A stretch of 34,256 bases of DNA from Octopus sinensis (taxonomy: Eukaryota), in the NCBI RefSeq assembly GCF_006345805.1, contig NW_021831708.1:1-34256 (forward strand), in the 5' to 3' direction. This document shows positions 10,540 through 21,442 of this stretch, piece by piece (the stretch's first letter is position 1; the number at the start of each line of letters is the position of its first letter). The notes under the pieces are model-generated. The model ran no database searches. It was not told where the DNA came from and worked only from the letters and a program-made list of their open reading frames with translations. The position numbers and the translations under genes are program-made.

Positions 10540-11045
10540 CAATTTCACTTTTTTTAGAATTTTTTTGGCAAAATACGTAGAAAAATTCGGAGATTATGAT
10601 ACCGAAAAAAAATTTTGTGAAATTTCAGTTTTTCAATAGATAAATAAACAACCCTCCTCTCCGCCCTATGTCAGATAGTGAAATTAAAGTGTCTTCTCTG
10701 ACAAGCTAGAAACAATAGCCAAACCGAAGATCAACTTTTTAAATACGAATTACCAAAAAAGGAAAAAAAAATTTTAATGTCATTTTGTTGTGTATGTATA
10801 TGCGCAAAAAAAAAAATAATTTTTACATACTTCTCTTAATTTCAAAAGACCCTCAACACACGTTGGAATCCATGTGACTCTATCCACCGGAGGGGAGGGG
10901 TGTTTATTTATTTATTTGATATTATTATTTTTTGGGAAAAATTAAAATTTTACAAAAAAATTTTGTTTTCAGAATCATAATCTCCGTATTTTTCTTCGTA
11001 CATCGCAAAAATAAAGGAAAAAAAAAAATTCTAAAAATATTGAAA
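10540..11045. mobile_element. Fold-back/MITE-like element with long imperfect inverted arms (~10540-10680 and ~10880-11045)
   Basis: AGAAAAATTCGGAGATTATGAT vs ATCATAATCTCCGTATTTTTCT; AAATAAACAACCCTCCTCTCCG vs CGGAGGGGAGGGGTGTTTATTT. Confidence 0.7.
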
Positions 11046-11198
11046 ACAAGAAATTGTCAGCTCGCTGCCTTTTTTAATAATGATAATAATGACGATGATA
11101 ATGATAATAATACAGCATCAATTAGGAGCTGAAGAATGGTTGTAAACTTAGACTGGTATAAAATGTTTCAAAATCCTTAATGTATTTTTGTCTCTCAG

Positions 11199-11270
11199 CC
11201 TTGCTTTTGTATGTACGAAGGGGGAAGTCGACCTAGAAACGAAATTTCTTATTAAGGAAAAGAATCTTTG
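11199..11270 (+). other. Candidate 72-nt spliced exon
   Basis: CCTTAAT branch-like site, TATTTTTGTCTCTCAG acceptor, TTG|GTAAGA donor; open only in phase 2 (LAFVCTKGEVDLETKFLIKEKNL); no recognisable homology. Confidence 0.25.
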
Positions 11271-11321
11271 GTAAGAAACTAAGGTTTGCCTGACCAACTT
11301 TCCTAAAATATTAGCATATGC

Positions 11322-11398
11322 GTGTCTTCTGCTATAGCCCCGGGCCGACCAATGCCTTGTGAGTGGATTTGGAAGACGGAAACTGAAAGAAGCCTGTC

Positions 11399-11440
<42 letters not shown>

Positions 11441-11650
11441 TTGTGTGTCTGTGTTTGTCCCCCTAGCATTGCTTGACAACCGATGGTGGTGTGTTTACGT
11501 CCCCGTCAGTTATCGGTTCGGGAAAAGAGACCGATAGAATAAGTACTGGGCTTACAAAGAATAAGTCCCGGGGTCGATTTGGTCGACTAAAGGCGGTGCT
11601 CCAGCATAGCCGCAGTCAAATGACTGAAACAAGTAAAAGAGTAAAAGAGT
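11322..11650 (+). mobile_element. SINE-B, 5'-truncated
   Basis: GTGTCTTCTGCTATAGCCCCGGG...GAAACAAGTAAAAGAGTAAAAGAG. Confidence 0.92.
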
Positions 11651-12610
11651 ATATATACTTTCACAAAGTAGTAGACTATGTTAGAAAATAGCTCTAAGGG
11701 AAAATTTTCTGTTTTACCAAAGAGGGTTAAATGACTTCGCTGATAATTCAATATGATATTTGATAAGATTCTTACCTTTAAAAGCTAAAGTTTTACAGTT
11801 GTTTATATCGTAGCGAGCTGTCTTGAATAATAGCACAATCCGCTATTCGTTAACTACTCTGGCAAGCTCGCTCCACACTGTTTGCGCGTATACACAGTTT
11901 CGAAAAATGTAAATAAACAAACCAGTTGACTTTGGCCTGAAAAAGAAATAATTGTTGGTACAAATGGTATAGAGCTATGTATTTATGTTTACTACCACGC
12001 GTTCCAGAGTTCACATTCATCCACACAGGAATTTGACCTCTATTTCTTAATATGATAAACTAATTTACTTGCAATATGCAAACAATTAAGTAAATTGCGT
12101 CAAATGCTTCTCATCGTTATTTCAGCATGGCAGAAACCATGATGAATGTATATCAATTAAAGTCCTAAAGAGAAAAGAAATTAAAGCACTGTGATGCATT
12201 AAAGTTGACATCATTGGTGTTATTCATTGTGTTTTAAAAATAATGTTAAAAAAGGAAAACAAATAAAAAAAAAAAATCCAGAAGAAACAAAGTACCTCAT
12301 AAAGAAATTCTGATTGTGAATAGTCAGTGCTTAACCGAATTTTTTGTTCAAATTCTACACCAGTTGACTGTGCCTTTTGTTTCTGTTTGTGGACTGTAAA
12401 ATTTTATGCAAAAGTCAGTGGCGTGTATGTATTTTATGGATAGAGTTAGGCTATTATAAATTCACGCATTCTGAAGAAAAACTAGAATCTAAAATTAAGA
12501 CCAAGTTTGAAATTATTGTGTTTTAATTGTTGACATCACCAGTGTCGTCATTGTTGATATTAAGAGAAACACCGAACTCTGGGCGGCGTTTCTCTTCGCT
12601 TATATAATAA

Positions 12611-13160
12611 TCCTTTCTACTATAGGCACAAGGCCTGAAATTTTGGGGGAGGAATTAAACCAGTGCTCAACTAGTACTTAATTTATCGACCCCGAAAGGA
12701 TGAAAGGCAAAGTCGACCCCGGTGGAATTTGAACTCAGAACGTAGTGACGGGTGAATGCCTATTTCTTTACTACCCACAAGGGGCTAAACACAGAGGGGA
12801 CAAACGGATTAAGTCGATGACATCGACCCTAGTGCGTAACTGGTACTTATTTAATCAACCCAAAAAGGATGAAAGGCAAAGTCGACCACGGCGGAATTTG
12901 AACTCAGAACGTAGCGGCAGACGAAATACCTATTTCTTTACTGCCCTCAAGGGGCTAAACTTAGAGGGGACAAACAAAGACAGACAAACGGATCAAGTCG
13001 ATTGCATCGAACCCAGTGCGTAACTGGTACTTAATTTATCGACCCAAAAGGATGAAAGGCAAAGTCGATCTCGGCGGAATTTGAACCAACAACGTACCGG
13101 CAGACGAAATACCGCTAAGCATTTCGTCCAGCGTGCTAACGTTTCTGCCAGCTCGCTGCC
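12611..13160 (-). mobile_element. SINE-A mixed-tail trimer with 21-bp TSD
   Basis: TSD TTCTCTTYGCTTATATAATAA at 12590-12610 and 13161-13181; the 3'-most unit has the old GGCCTTGTGCCTATAGTAGAAAGG tail, the two upstream units have the GGGTAGTAAAGAAATA-type tail. Confidence 0.92.
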
Positions 13161-13642
13161 TTCTCTTTGCTTATATAATAAACATATTATCTAATGTTTG
13201 TGTGTATTACAGGATGTTTATATAATATTGTATCGCAATTTAGAACAATGACGTGATTTGTCATAAGTTTAGCTTCTTTTTCTGACCTCGAAGTCAACCA
13301 AGTCCATGTTATTTAACCTCAGATAAACCCTAGTCAAACATACATATGCTGAAAAGCGTTCTAGCCATGACCAACTCATCAATTTGTGTATTAGGAATTA
13401 TTTTGTCCAATATGCCATTTAAAACGGTAGGGTATCATTCAAAGGAAATTTGGTCGCTATTTTCCGCAGTGCGAGTGATCACAGAAGAACTCTCTCGTTG
13501 ATCATCGACACCAGCTGATCTGTACTGACGACACTATTACATAGAACTAGTTTTGTTAGACAGCGACACGACAGACAGGCTAGACGTCTGACAGGAAACA
13601 AATCTTTCCCTGTCTCAAATGCTTATTATTTTTTCTTTTCAG

Positions 13643-13678
13643 TCATCGATGTGATTGGTGTAGAAGATGAAGTGTAAG
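13643..13678 (+). other. Candidate 36-nt micro-exon (possibly containing a start or stop codon)
   Basis: Strong acceptor TTATTTTTTCTTTTCAG and donor AAG|GTATGA; stops in all frames unless it initiates (ATG AAG TGT AAG) or terminates translation. Confidence 0.25.
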
Positions 13679-13784
13679 GTATGAGTTACTTGGGGAAGAT
13701 GTAATAGTTGGTAATAGGAAGGGTTTGCAGTGTTTTGGTTACATATACTTATAGACATTCCTACGCAAGCTCCATTATAATAAT

Positions 13785-14325
13785 GGTTTCAGATTTTGGC
13801 ACAAGGTCAGCAGGTTCGGAGGAAGGGTTAGGTCGATTATATTGACCAAATGTTCAACTGGTACTTATTTTATTGACCCCGAAAGGATGAAAGACAAAGT
13901 CGACCTCGGTGAAATTTGAACTCAGAAAATAAAGATCGACGAATTGTTGTTAAGCATTTTGCCCGACGTGGAGGCGCAATGGCCCAGTGATTAGGGCAGC
14001 GGACTCGCGGTCGGAGGATCGCAGTTTCGATCCCCAGACCCGGCGTCGTGAGTGTTTATTGAGTGAAAACACCTAGAAGCTCCACGAGGCTCCGGCAAGG
14101 GATGGTGGCGATCCCTGTTGTACTCTTTCGCCACAACTTTCTCTTACTCTCTCTTCCTGTTTCTTGAGTAACGCTGCGATGGACTAGCATCCCATCCAGC
14201 TGGGGGGAACACATACGCACAGAAAAGGGAAACCGGGCCCATGAGTCTGGCTAGGCTTGAAAAGGGCGTCGTTTATCGTTTTTATTTTGCCCGACATGCT
14301 AACGCTTCTGCCAGCTCACCACCCT
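13785..14325 (-). mobile_element. Old SINE-A copy interrupted by SINE-C
   Basis: TTTTGGCACAAGG...GAACTCAGAA...GCATTTTGCCCGAC | ...GCTAACGCTTCTGCCAGCTCACC. Confidence 0.85.
13970..14283 (+). mobile_element. SINE-C full length, tail type 2, nested in SINE-A
   Basis: GGAGGCGCAATGGCCCAGTGATTAGGG head; TSD ATTTTGCCCGACRTG at 13956-13970 and 14284-14298. Confidence 0.92.
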
Positions 14326-14939
14326 ATCCTCCACTATGATAATGTTTGCTCCCTTGTTCCCTTTCTTCTCCTATTCTAGATTATATTTGTTTCCTTTCTT
14401 GTGGTCTTTTGGATTATAGTTCTAATCCTGACTATTTCGGTGTTTATTCGAAACGGAACGACTTGCATTTTTATTTGAGCAGCATTCGTAGAACTGTTTT
14501 GTTGTTGTTAATGTTTTGTTGTTTATATATTTTCCGAAACTGTAAATGCTAGATTTCTTGATTTAAAGATAAGCGGAGACTGCATGACAGTTTCGATTCC
14601 CGATCGAAAACAAATCACTTCACCTTGGCTGCTAAGGGCTTTGAACGAGGCACACCTGTCAGGCATTCTTCTTATAGATTTATGAGCACATAGAGAAATC
14701 AATATTTCTATAAATTGTGTAGCGACCAGCGTATTGCAAGATAGAAACAATATTCTGGTGAGTTATCATTTGTGTCACTGTTTTGATTCCTGATTGGAAG
14801 TCACCTCACTACATTTAAATACAACTGATACATATGTGAAAAGCAGGGATATTACATACTCTTCATAATATTCCGTACTGAAATACAAAGCTATTATGTA
14901 TACTGAGAGGAGAAGAATACTATTGATTATTATCAATGT

Positions 14940-15122
14940 GGCGGCAAGCTGGCAGAAACGTTAGCACGCCGGGCGAAATGCTTAGCGGTATTTCGTCTGC
15001 GTTACGCTGTGAGTTCAAATTCCGCCGAGGTCGACTTTGCCTTTCATCCTTTCGGGGTCGATAAATTAAGTACCAGTTACGCACTGGGGTCGATGTAATC
15101 GACTTAATCCCTTTGTCTGTCT
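14940..15122 (+). mobile_element. SINE-A, 3'-truncated, abutting an antisense SINE-B fragment
   Basis: Consensus match until ...CCCTTTGTCTGTCTT. Confidence 0.9.
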
Positions 15123-15129
15123 TAAAGAG

Positions 15130-15297
15130 TTTTAGTCAAAGAATTCGACCTAGGACTTATTCTTCGTAAGCCTAGTGCTTATTGTATCGTTCTCTTTTGC
15201 CGAACCGCTAAGTTATGGGACATAAACAACCCAAAATCGGTTGTCAAGTGATGGTTGGAGACAAACACACACACATATATGTGTACTCGACGGCTTC
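15130..15297 (-). mobile_element. SINE-B internal fragment
   Basis: GGACTTATTCTT...GCCGAACCGCTAAGTTA...GGTTGTCAAG. Confidence 0.85.
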
Positions 15298-15402
15298 TAA
15301 GCTTTAAGTATTAAATTTTTTTTTTTCATCTTTTAAGATGCTAGTCTTAGTTTGAAAAATATGAATAAGATTAAATGTTATTCATTAACCTTGTGATTAC
15401 TA

Positions 15403-15745
15403 GGGTGACGGGCTGGTAAAATCGTTAGAGCGACGCACATAATATTTCTACCGGTTCCTTACGTTCCGAGTTCAAATCCCGCTACGACTAACTTTGACTT
15501 TCATCCTAAATTAGGAGCCACTAATTTTGTTCAAGATGTTATGGCTATGATTTGGTCTAATTGTTAGAAGGTCGAACAAAATCCTTCACTGCATTTGTTT
15601 CGGCTCATTACATTCTTAGTTCGAATCTCGTGGAGGTCAACATTGCCTTTGATCCCCACTGGGGCCAATAAAGTACCAGTGACGTGCTGAGGATTGAATT
15701 AACCAGCTAATCTGTCCTCACAAAATTTAGGCTTAGTGCTTGTGT
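15403..15745 (+). mobile_element. Two highly decayed SINE-A-like copies
   Basis: GAGTTCAAATCCCGC...TTTCATCC and TAGTTCGAATCTCG...GTACCAGT motifs. Confidence 0.6.
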
Positions 15746-15752
15746 TATAAAC

Positions 15753-16005
15753 CAGTGGTTCCCAACAGGGGTCCACATGTCGCTTGGAGATCCATATAAA
15801 ATTTTGTTTCTAAAATTTATCTGCAAAAAATTGATCATACTTCCACAATGCACAAAATATTTCAACAATTTTTTAAATAGAATTCCAAATAATACTTACG
15901 TATAAAAATATGTTTTTCTTTTTAAATTTCAAATGGCCATGGGGTCCCAGTTGCGTATAATAGGAACAAAGGGGTCCACAAGCAAGAAATGATTGCGGAA
16001 GCCTG
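15753..16005 (+). mobile_element. hAT/Charlie-like (MER5-type) MITE
   Basis: 5' CAGTGGTTCCCAAC, decayed 3' end ...GGAAGCCTG, 8-bp TSD TTATAAAC (15745-15752) / TTATAAAT (16006-16013). Confidence 0.8.
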
Positions 16006-16034
16006 TTATAAATCATTTAAGATAGAGCTATAAA

Positions 16035-16633
16035 GGCGGCCAGCTGGCAGAAACGTTAGCACGCCGGGCGAAATGCTCAGAAGTATTTCGTCTGTCGCTA
16101 CGTTCTGAGTTCAAATTCCGCCGAGCTCGACTTTGCCTTTCATCCTTTCAGGGTCGATAAATTAAGTAGCAGTTACGCACTGGGGTCGATATAAACGACT
16201 TAATCCACTTGTCTGTCCTTGTTTGTCCTCTCTATGTTTATCCCCTTGTGAGTAGTAAAGAAATAGGTATTTTGTCTGCTGTTATGCTCTGAGTTCAAAT
16301 TCCGCCGAGCTCGACTTTGCCTTTCATCCTTTCAAGGTCGATAAATTAAGTACAAGTTACGCACTGGGGTCGATGTAATCGACTTAATCCCTTTGTCTGT
16401 CCTTGTTTGTCCTCTCTATGTTTATCCCCTTGTGAGTAGTAAAGAAATAGGTATTTTGTCTGCTGTTATGCTCTGAGTTCAAATTCCGCCGAGCTCGACT
16501 TTGCCTTTCATCCTTTCGGGGTCGATAAATTAAGTACCAGTTACGCACTGGGGTCGATGTAATCGACTCAATCCCTTTGTCTGTCCTTGTTTATCCCCTC
16601 TATGTTTAGCTCCTTGTGGGTAATAAGGAAATA
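16035..16633 (+). mobile_element. SINE-A trimer with 19-bp TSD
   Basis: TSD ATTTAAGATAGAGCYATAA at 16015-16033 and 16634-16652; junctions 184 bp apart; all three units carry the private variant GCCGAGCTCGAC. Confidence 0.95.
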
Positions 16634-16917
16634 ATTTAAGATAGAGCCATAACGTAGCAGATGGCAAACAGTTGTGTAGCGGGCATCATTCGCTTGAGTT
16701 TTAAGTGTGTTTTTTTTTCTCTCCGACTAAGATTACATTCTGTCGAGAGTGAAGCTTCCTTTTCATCTTCCGGCGTCGATAAAATAAAGTGCGAAATATA
16801 ATCGATTATGGCCTCCTGAAAAAATTGTGCCGAATGAGAACTCAACAGTGTATGTATAATAAAAACATTTTGCATATGCATTATTGATTATCAAAAAAAT
16901 ATCAATAAATTTATCTA

Positions 16918-17083
16918 GGTGTAGGAGTGGCTGTGTTGGTAAGTAGCTTGCTTACCAACCACAAGGTTCCGGGTTCAGTCCCACTACGTGGCACCTTGGG
17001 CAAGTGTCTTTTACTATAGTCTCGGGCCGACCAAAGCCTTGTGAGTGGATTTGGTAGACGGAAACTGAAAGGAGCCCGAAATA

Positions 17084-17136
<53 letters not shown>

Positions 17137-17305
17137 ATATGTTTGTGTGTCTGTGTTTGCCCCCCCCCCCAACATCGCTTGACAACCGATGCTGGTGTGT
17201 TTACCTCCCCGTAACTTAGCGGTTCGGCAAAAGAGACCGATAGAATAAGTCCTTACAAGGAATAAGTCCTGGGGTCGATTTGCTCAACTAAAGACGGTGC
17301 TCCAG
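16918..17305 (+). mobile_element. SINE-B, nearly full length
   Basis: GGTGTAGGAGTGGCTGTG...GGTGCTCCAG. Confidence 0.92.
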
Positions 17306-17379
17306 TACTCTTTTGAGTACCGATCATTTTTCAGTTGTGATTAACCTTTTTTTTGTTTTTTTTTTCCTTATGTTGTTTA

Positions 17380-18027
17380 AGGCAACCAAATGGCAGAAAT
17401 GTTAGAGCGTCGACTAGAATGACTTGTAAATTTTGTCTTGACTAGCACTCTGAGTTCAAATCCCGCCGAAGTTAACTTTGTTTTTAATAGTTTCCAGAGT
17501 TAATAAAATAAAGTACCAGTTAAAAACTGGAGTCGATGCAATCGACTTACTCGAACTTCGTTGCCTTGTGCCAAAATTAGAAAAAAAAAATCATTATTAT
17601 TAAAGGTGGTGAGTTGGCCGAATCATTCCCGCGCCGGACAAAATGTTTAGCGGCATTTCATCCGTTTTCACGTTCAAAATTCAAATTCCACCGAGATTGA
17701 TTTTGTCTTTCATCCTTTCGGAGTCGATAAAATAAGAACCAGTTGTATACTGGGGACGATTTAATCGACTTATCCCATACCCCGAACTTCTTGGCCTTGC
17801 ACCAAGAATTGAAACCGTTATTAAAGCGGTGAATTGACAGAATCGTTTGCACGCAGGGCAAAATACTTAGCGGCATTTCGTCCGTCTTTACGTTCTGAGT
17901 TGCCGAGTCGACTTTACCTTTTATTCTATCGGGTTCGATAAGATAAGTACCAGTTGTGCATTATGGTTGAAGTAATCGACTTATCCTCTCTAACAAATGG
18001 CTGCCCTTGTGGCAAAATTTGAAGCCA

Positions 18028-18058
<31 letters not shown>
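17380..18058 (+). mobile_element. Train of three old SINE-A copies, head-to-tail, ending in (ATT)n
   Basis: Heads near 17381, 17604 and 17825, each following an ATTATTA-type tail. Confidence 0.8.
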
Positions 18059-18059
<1 letters not shown>

Positions 18060-18560
18060 GAGTGCCACCAAAGTGACACTGGGGTACAGATATACGAAGC
18101 CTAATATACCCATCATGACTAACCGTTTGATAAGGGTACACTAGGCACATGCATCAGAACCATATGTGCGCGACATGGTGATCTTGTATCAAGATAAACA
18201 GCGCATGACCTTGCAGGTAAGGTACAGTTAGAATTTTCTTCACGTCGAGTAGCCCATCTCATTCAAGAGGTCCCTGAATAAGGTTTATTTAAGGATGATG
18301 AACAAGACACCAATTTTTCCAGAGGTGAATTATTCAAACTCCAAAGAATTCATGCTTCTGCTCGTGATCAGAGATGCACATATCGTCAGTCACTAAGGGA
18401 CTTGTTCAACTGGTTAAGGTCAAACAACTGACAAGCAAATCTGTTGTATTGAGCAGAATATTTGCTGTAGCCCATCTTTTATACGAAGACAAAACAATGT
18501 ACATGATCACACTTCCAATCAGTTGAGATCAGAAGCCATGAGAGCCACTGTCTGGTACTG

Positions 18561-18562
<2 letters not shown>
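18060..18562. repeat. Unclassified ~500-bp complex segment embedded in (ATT)n, probable interspersed repeat
   Basis: Sharp compositional boundaries with (ATT)n on both sides; single copy in the window; no ORF. Confidence 0.4.
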
Positions 18563-18608
<46 letters not shown>

Positions 18609-19135
18609 GGCGGCGATCTGGCGGAAACGTTAGCACGCCGTGTGAAATGCTTTGTGGTAATTCGTCTGCCGCTACGTTCTGAGTTTAAATTCCGCCGAGG
18701 TCGACTTTGCCTTTCATCCTTTCGGGGTCGATTAAATAAGTACCAGTTATACACTGGGGTCGATATAATCGACTTAATCCGTTTGTCTGTCCTTATTTGT
18801 CCCCTCTGTGTTTGAGTAGTAAAAAAATAGGTATTTCTTCTGCCGCAACATTCTGAGTTCAAATTCCACCGAGGTCGACTTTGCCTTTCATCCTTTCGGG
18901 GTCGATAAATTAAGTGAGAATTTACAAAAAAGCAAAATACGAAGACGGGTGTGTAAACAACAAACAGATGTATTAGTTTAACGCCCGGGAAGTGAGAAAG
19001 TCTTTTACGTTTCGAGGCTACGCCCTTCGACAGAGAAAATAGGATAAATTAAGTACCAGTGAAACACTGAGGTCGATGTAATCGACTTAGTCGCTCCCTA
19101 CAAATTTCACGCCTTGTGCCTACAGTAGAAAGAAT
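18609..19135 (+). mobile_element. SINE-A mixed-tail dimer interrupted by a 127-bp insert
   Basis: Junction near 18823-18837; the second unit resumes at 19043 and ends with the old-type tail. Confidence 0.9.
18916..19042 (-). mobile_element. 127-bp insert with hammerhead-like motif (Penelope pLTR-like fragment), 12-bp TSD
   Basis: Perfect TSD GATAAATTAAGT at 18904-18915 and 19043-19054; minus strand TTTTCT-CTGTCGA-AGGGCGTAGCCTC-GAAACGTA-AAAGA at 19001-19039. Confidence 0.7.
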
Positions 19136-19142
19136 TACTGTT

Positions 19143-19174
<32 letters not shown>

Positions 19175-19399
19175 TGCTGTAATGAAAGGACGCTGGATAG
19201 TAAAAACAGTACTAAATGCCCTGCAGTTTTAATTATTTACTTTTCTACCGTTTTGATTCAAATGTCATCAGTTTTGACTTTGTTGCTCACAGAACCGACT
19301 CCGCAGGGACAAAACGAAAACAATTAGGGTATAAAGGTCGATTCTTCTTGGCTGCGCCTATTTCTTTTCTTCTGTCATTTTATGAAAACATTAGCGCTT

Positions 19400-19629
19400 A
19401 TAGATGTGTAAGTGTGTATGCATGTACGGACGTTTGTGCGTCTGTCTGTATCTGTGTGTATGCGTATGTCTGTGTATGCATTTGTATATGTGTATTTGTG
19501 TGTGTGCGTGTGTGTGTGCGTGTGTGCGTGCGTGCGCATCTGTGTGCGTGTGTGGTTGTTCCCATAATACTTTTCTTGGTATTGGTGTCAAAGGCTTCGT
19601 ACTGTGTTGTAAAAAAAGAGTAAGATGGA

Positions 19630-19683
<54 letters not shown>

Positions 19684-20070
19684 GATGAAGAAGAAGCAGA
19701 AGGAAGAAGAAGAAGAAGAAGAAGAAGAAGAAGAAGAAGAAAAAGTAGAAGGTGAAGGATGTGAAGGAAGAGGGGTAAAGGAGAGGGGAGAAGCGGAGGA
19801 GGTGGAGGTCAAAGAGGGGGAAGAAGGAGGAAGAGGAGGAGAAAAGGAGAAGATGAAAAAAATAAGAAGGGGGAGGAGGAGGGTAAAGGAGGGGAGAGAA
19901 GAGGAGGAAGAGGAAAAGGAGAAGGGGGAAAGGAGGAAGAGGAGAAAAGGAGGAGGAAGAGAAGAAAAAGGTGAAGAAGAAAAAAAGAAGAAGAAGAAGA
20001 AGAAGAAGAAAAAGAAAAAGAAGAAAAAGAAGAAGAAGAAAAAGAAGAAGAAGAAGAAGAAGAAGAAGCC
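19400..20070. repeat. Low-complexity block: TG-rich, (AAT)n, (GAA)n, polypurine tract
   Basis: Direct reading. Confidence 0.95.
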
Positions 20071-20354
20071 ACACAAACAACAGTAATATCTCGCCGCTTT
20101 TATTTTTCTGAGATAAAAATCTCAGTTGATGGTTATGAGAAAAATGTGTCGTCAGGTTCGGTGGTATATTTTACTGTTACATAATCCCTGTTCTCATCGA
20201 CACCATTGTCGCAAATGTCACTACTGCCTTCATATCACTACTGAACTTTCAGCAAAGGAAGCTTCCACGTAATCACATAAACAAGTTCCCAGCTTTTAAC
20301 CATTGCGAAAAATCGATAATATTTTGCAACCCTATTTAAGAGAAGAAAATATTA

Positions 20355-20391
<37 letters not shown>

Positions 20392-20650
20392 AGGAGCGAG
20401 TATTTTACATTTGGTACGTTCTTCTTGGGGAAAATATTTGTTTCGTTTTAATGCAGTAGATGTTGTGTTGTAGCCGTTATGGAATAACATCTTGCATTCT
20501 GTCAAACAGAACCTTTCAGAATTATGCCACAGCCTATCAGTGGCGTAGCTGGGAGTTACACGGTGTGTGTGTGTGTATGGGGGATAAGTGGGTCGTCCAC
20601 CCTATGCGATACTTTTTTTGACACTTTTGGGCTGTTGTATAAGCGTGTTT

Positions 20651-20788
20651 CGACTTTGCCTTTCATCCTTTCGGGGTCGATGAATTAAGTACCAGTTACG
20701 CACTGGGGTCGATGTAATCGACTTAATACCTATGTCTGTCCTTGTTTGTCCCCTCTATGTTTAGCTCCTTGTGGGTAATAAAGAAATA
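20651..20788 (+). mobile_element. SINE-A, 5'-truncated, 15-bp TSD
   Basis: TGTATAAGMGTGTTT at 20636-20650 and 20789-20803. Confidence 0.92.
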
Positions 20789-20866
20789 TGTATAAGAGTG
20801 TTTAGGGTAGGATGCACCCGGTAAACACAAGGTTTGCCTCCGGGTGACACTCACTCTAGCTATTCT

Positions 20867-21282
20867 TATTTCTTTATTGCCCACAAGGAGCTAAATATAG
20901 AGGGGACAAACAAGGACAGACAAAGGGATTAAGTTGATTACATCGACCCCCAGAGTGTAACTGGTACTTAATTTATCGACCCCGAAAGGATGAAAGGCAA
21001 AGTCGAGCTCGGCGGAATTTGAACTCAGAACGTTGCGACAGACGAAATACCTATTTCTTTACTACCCACAAGGGGCTAAACACAGAGAGGACAAACAAGG
21101 ACAGACAAACGGATTAAGTCGATTATATCTACCCCAGTGCGTAACTGGTACTTATTTAATCGACTCCGAAAGGATGAAAGGCAAAGTCGACCTCGGCGGA
21201 ATTTGAACTCAGAACGTAACGGCAGACGAAATACCATGAAGCATTTCGACCGACGTTTTAACGTTCCTGCCAGCTCGCTGCC
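20867..21282 (-). mobile_element. SINE-A dimer, 16-bp TSD
   Basis: TCACTCTAGCTATTCT at 20851-20866 and 21283-21298; the two units differ at several diagnostic positions. Confidence 0.94.
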
Positions 21283-21332
21283 TCACTCTAGCTATTCTGC
21301 TGCATCTCACTGACCAAAACCCATTGTTCAAT

Positions 21333-21442
21333 GTGGTCGCTCGATATGCCACAATTAGCAGCCAAATTCCTTCAATTTACACGATTTAGAGTGTGATTTG
21401 AGGGATATATGGTTGCTATTTCTAGCAGGTCGAGCAAACGCG
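21333..21442. repeat. Old palindromic repeat (GATTTGAGGGA...GGYTGCTATTT...AGCAGGTCGAG family)
   Basis: Two halves head-to-head; single decayed halves also near 13428-13485, 25125-25180 and 25727-25782. Confidence 0.6.

Larger units (their letters stand above)
20538..21302 (+). mobile_element. Decayed hAT-like MITE hosting two SINE-A insertions
   Basis: CAGTGGCGTAGCTGG...CTAGCTATTCTGCTG imperfect TIRs (10/15). Confidence 0.5.

Noticed and set aside
14523-14750. 75-aa minus-strand ORF
   Set aside because: Non-ATG start, no homology cue, no splice support on that strand.
19391-20086. Poly-N/E/K/F/L ORFs
   Set aside because: Microsatellite and polypurine read-through.
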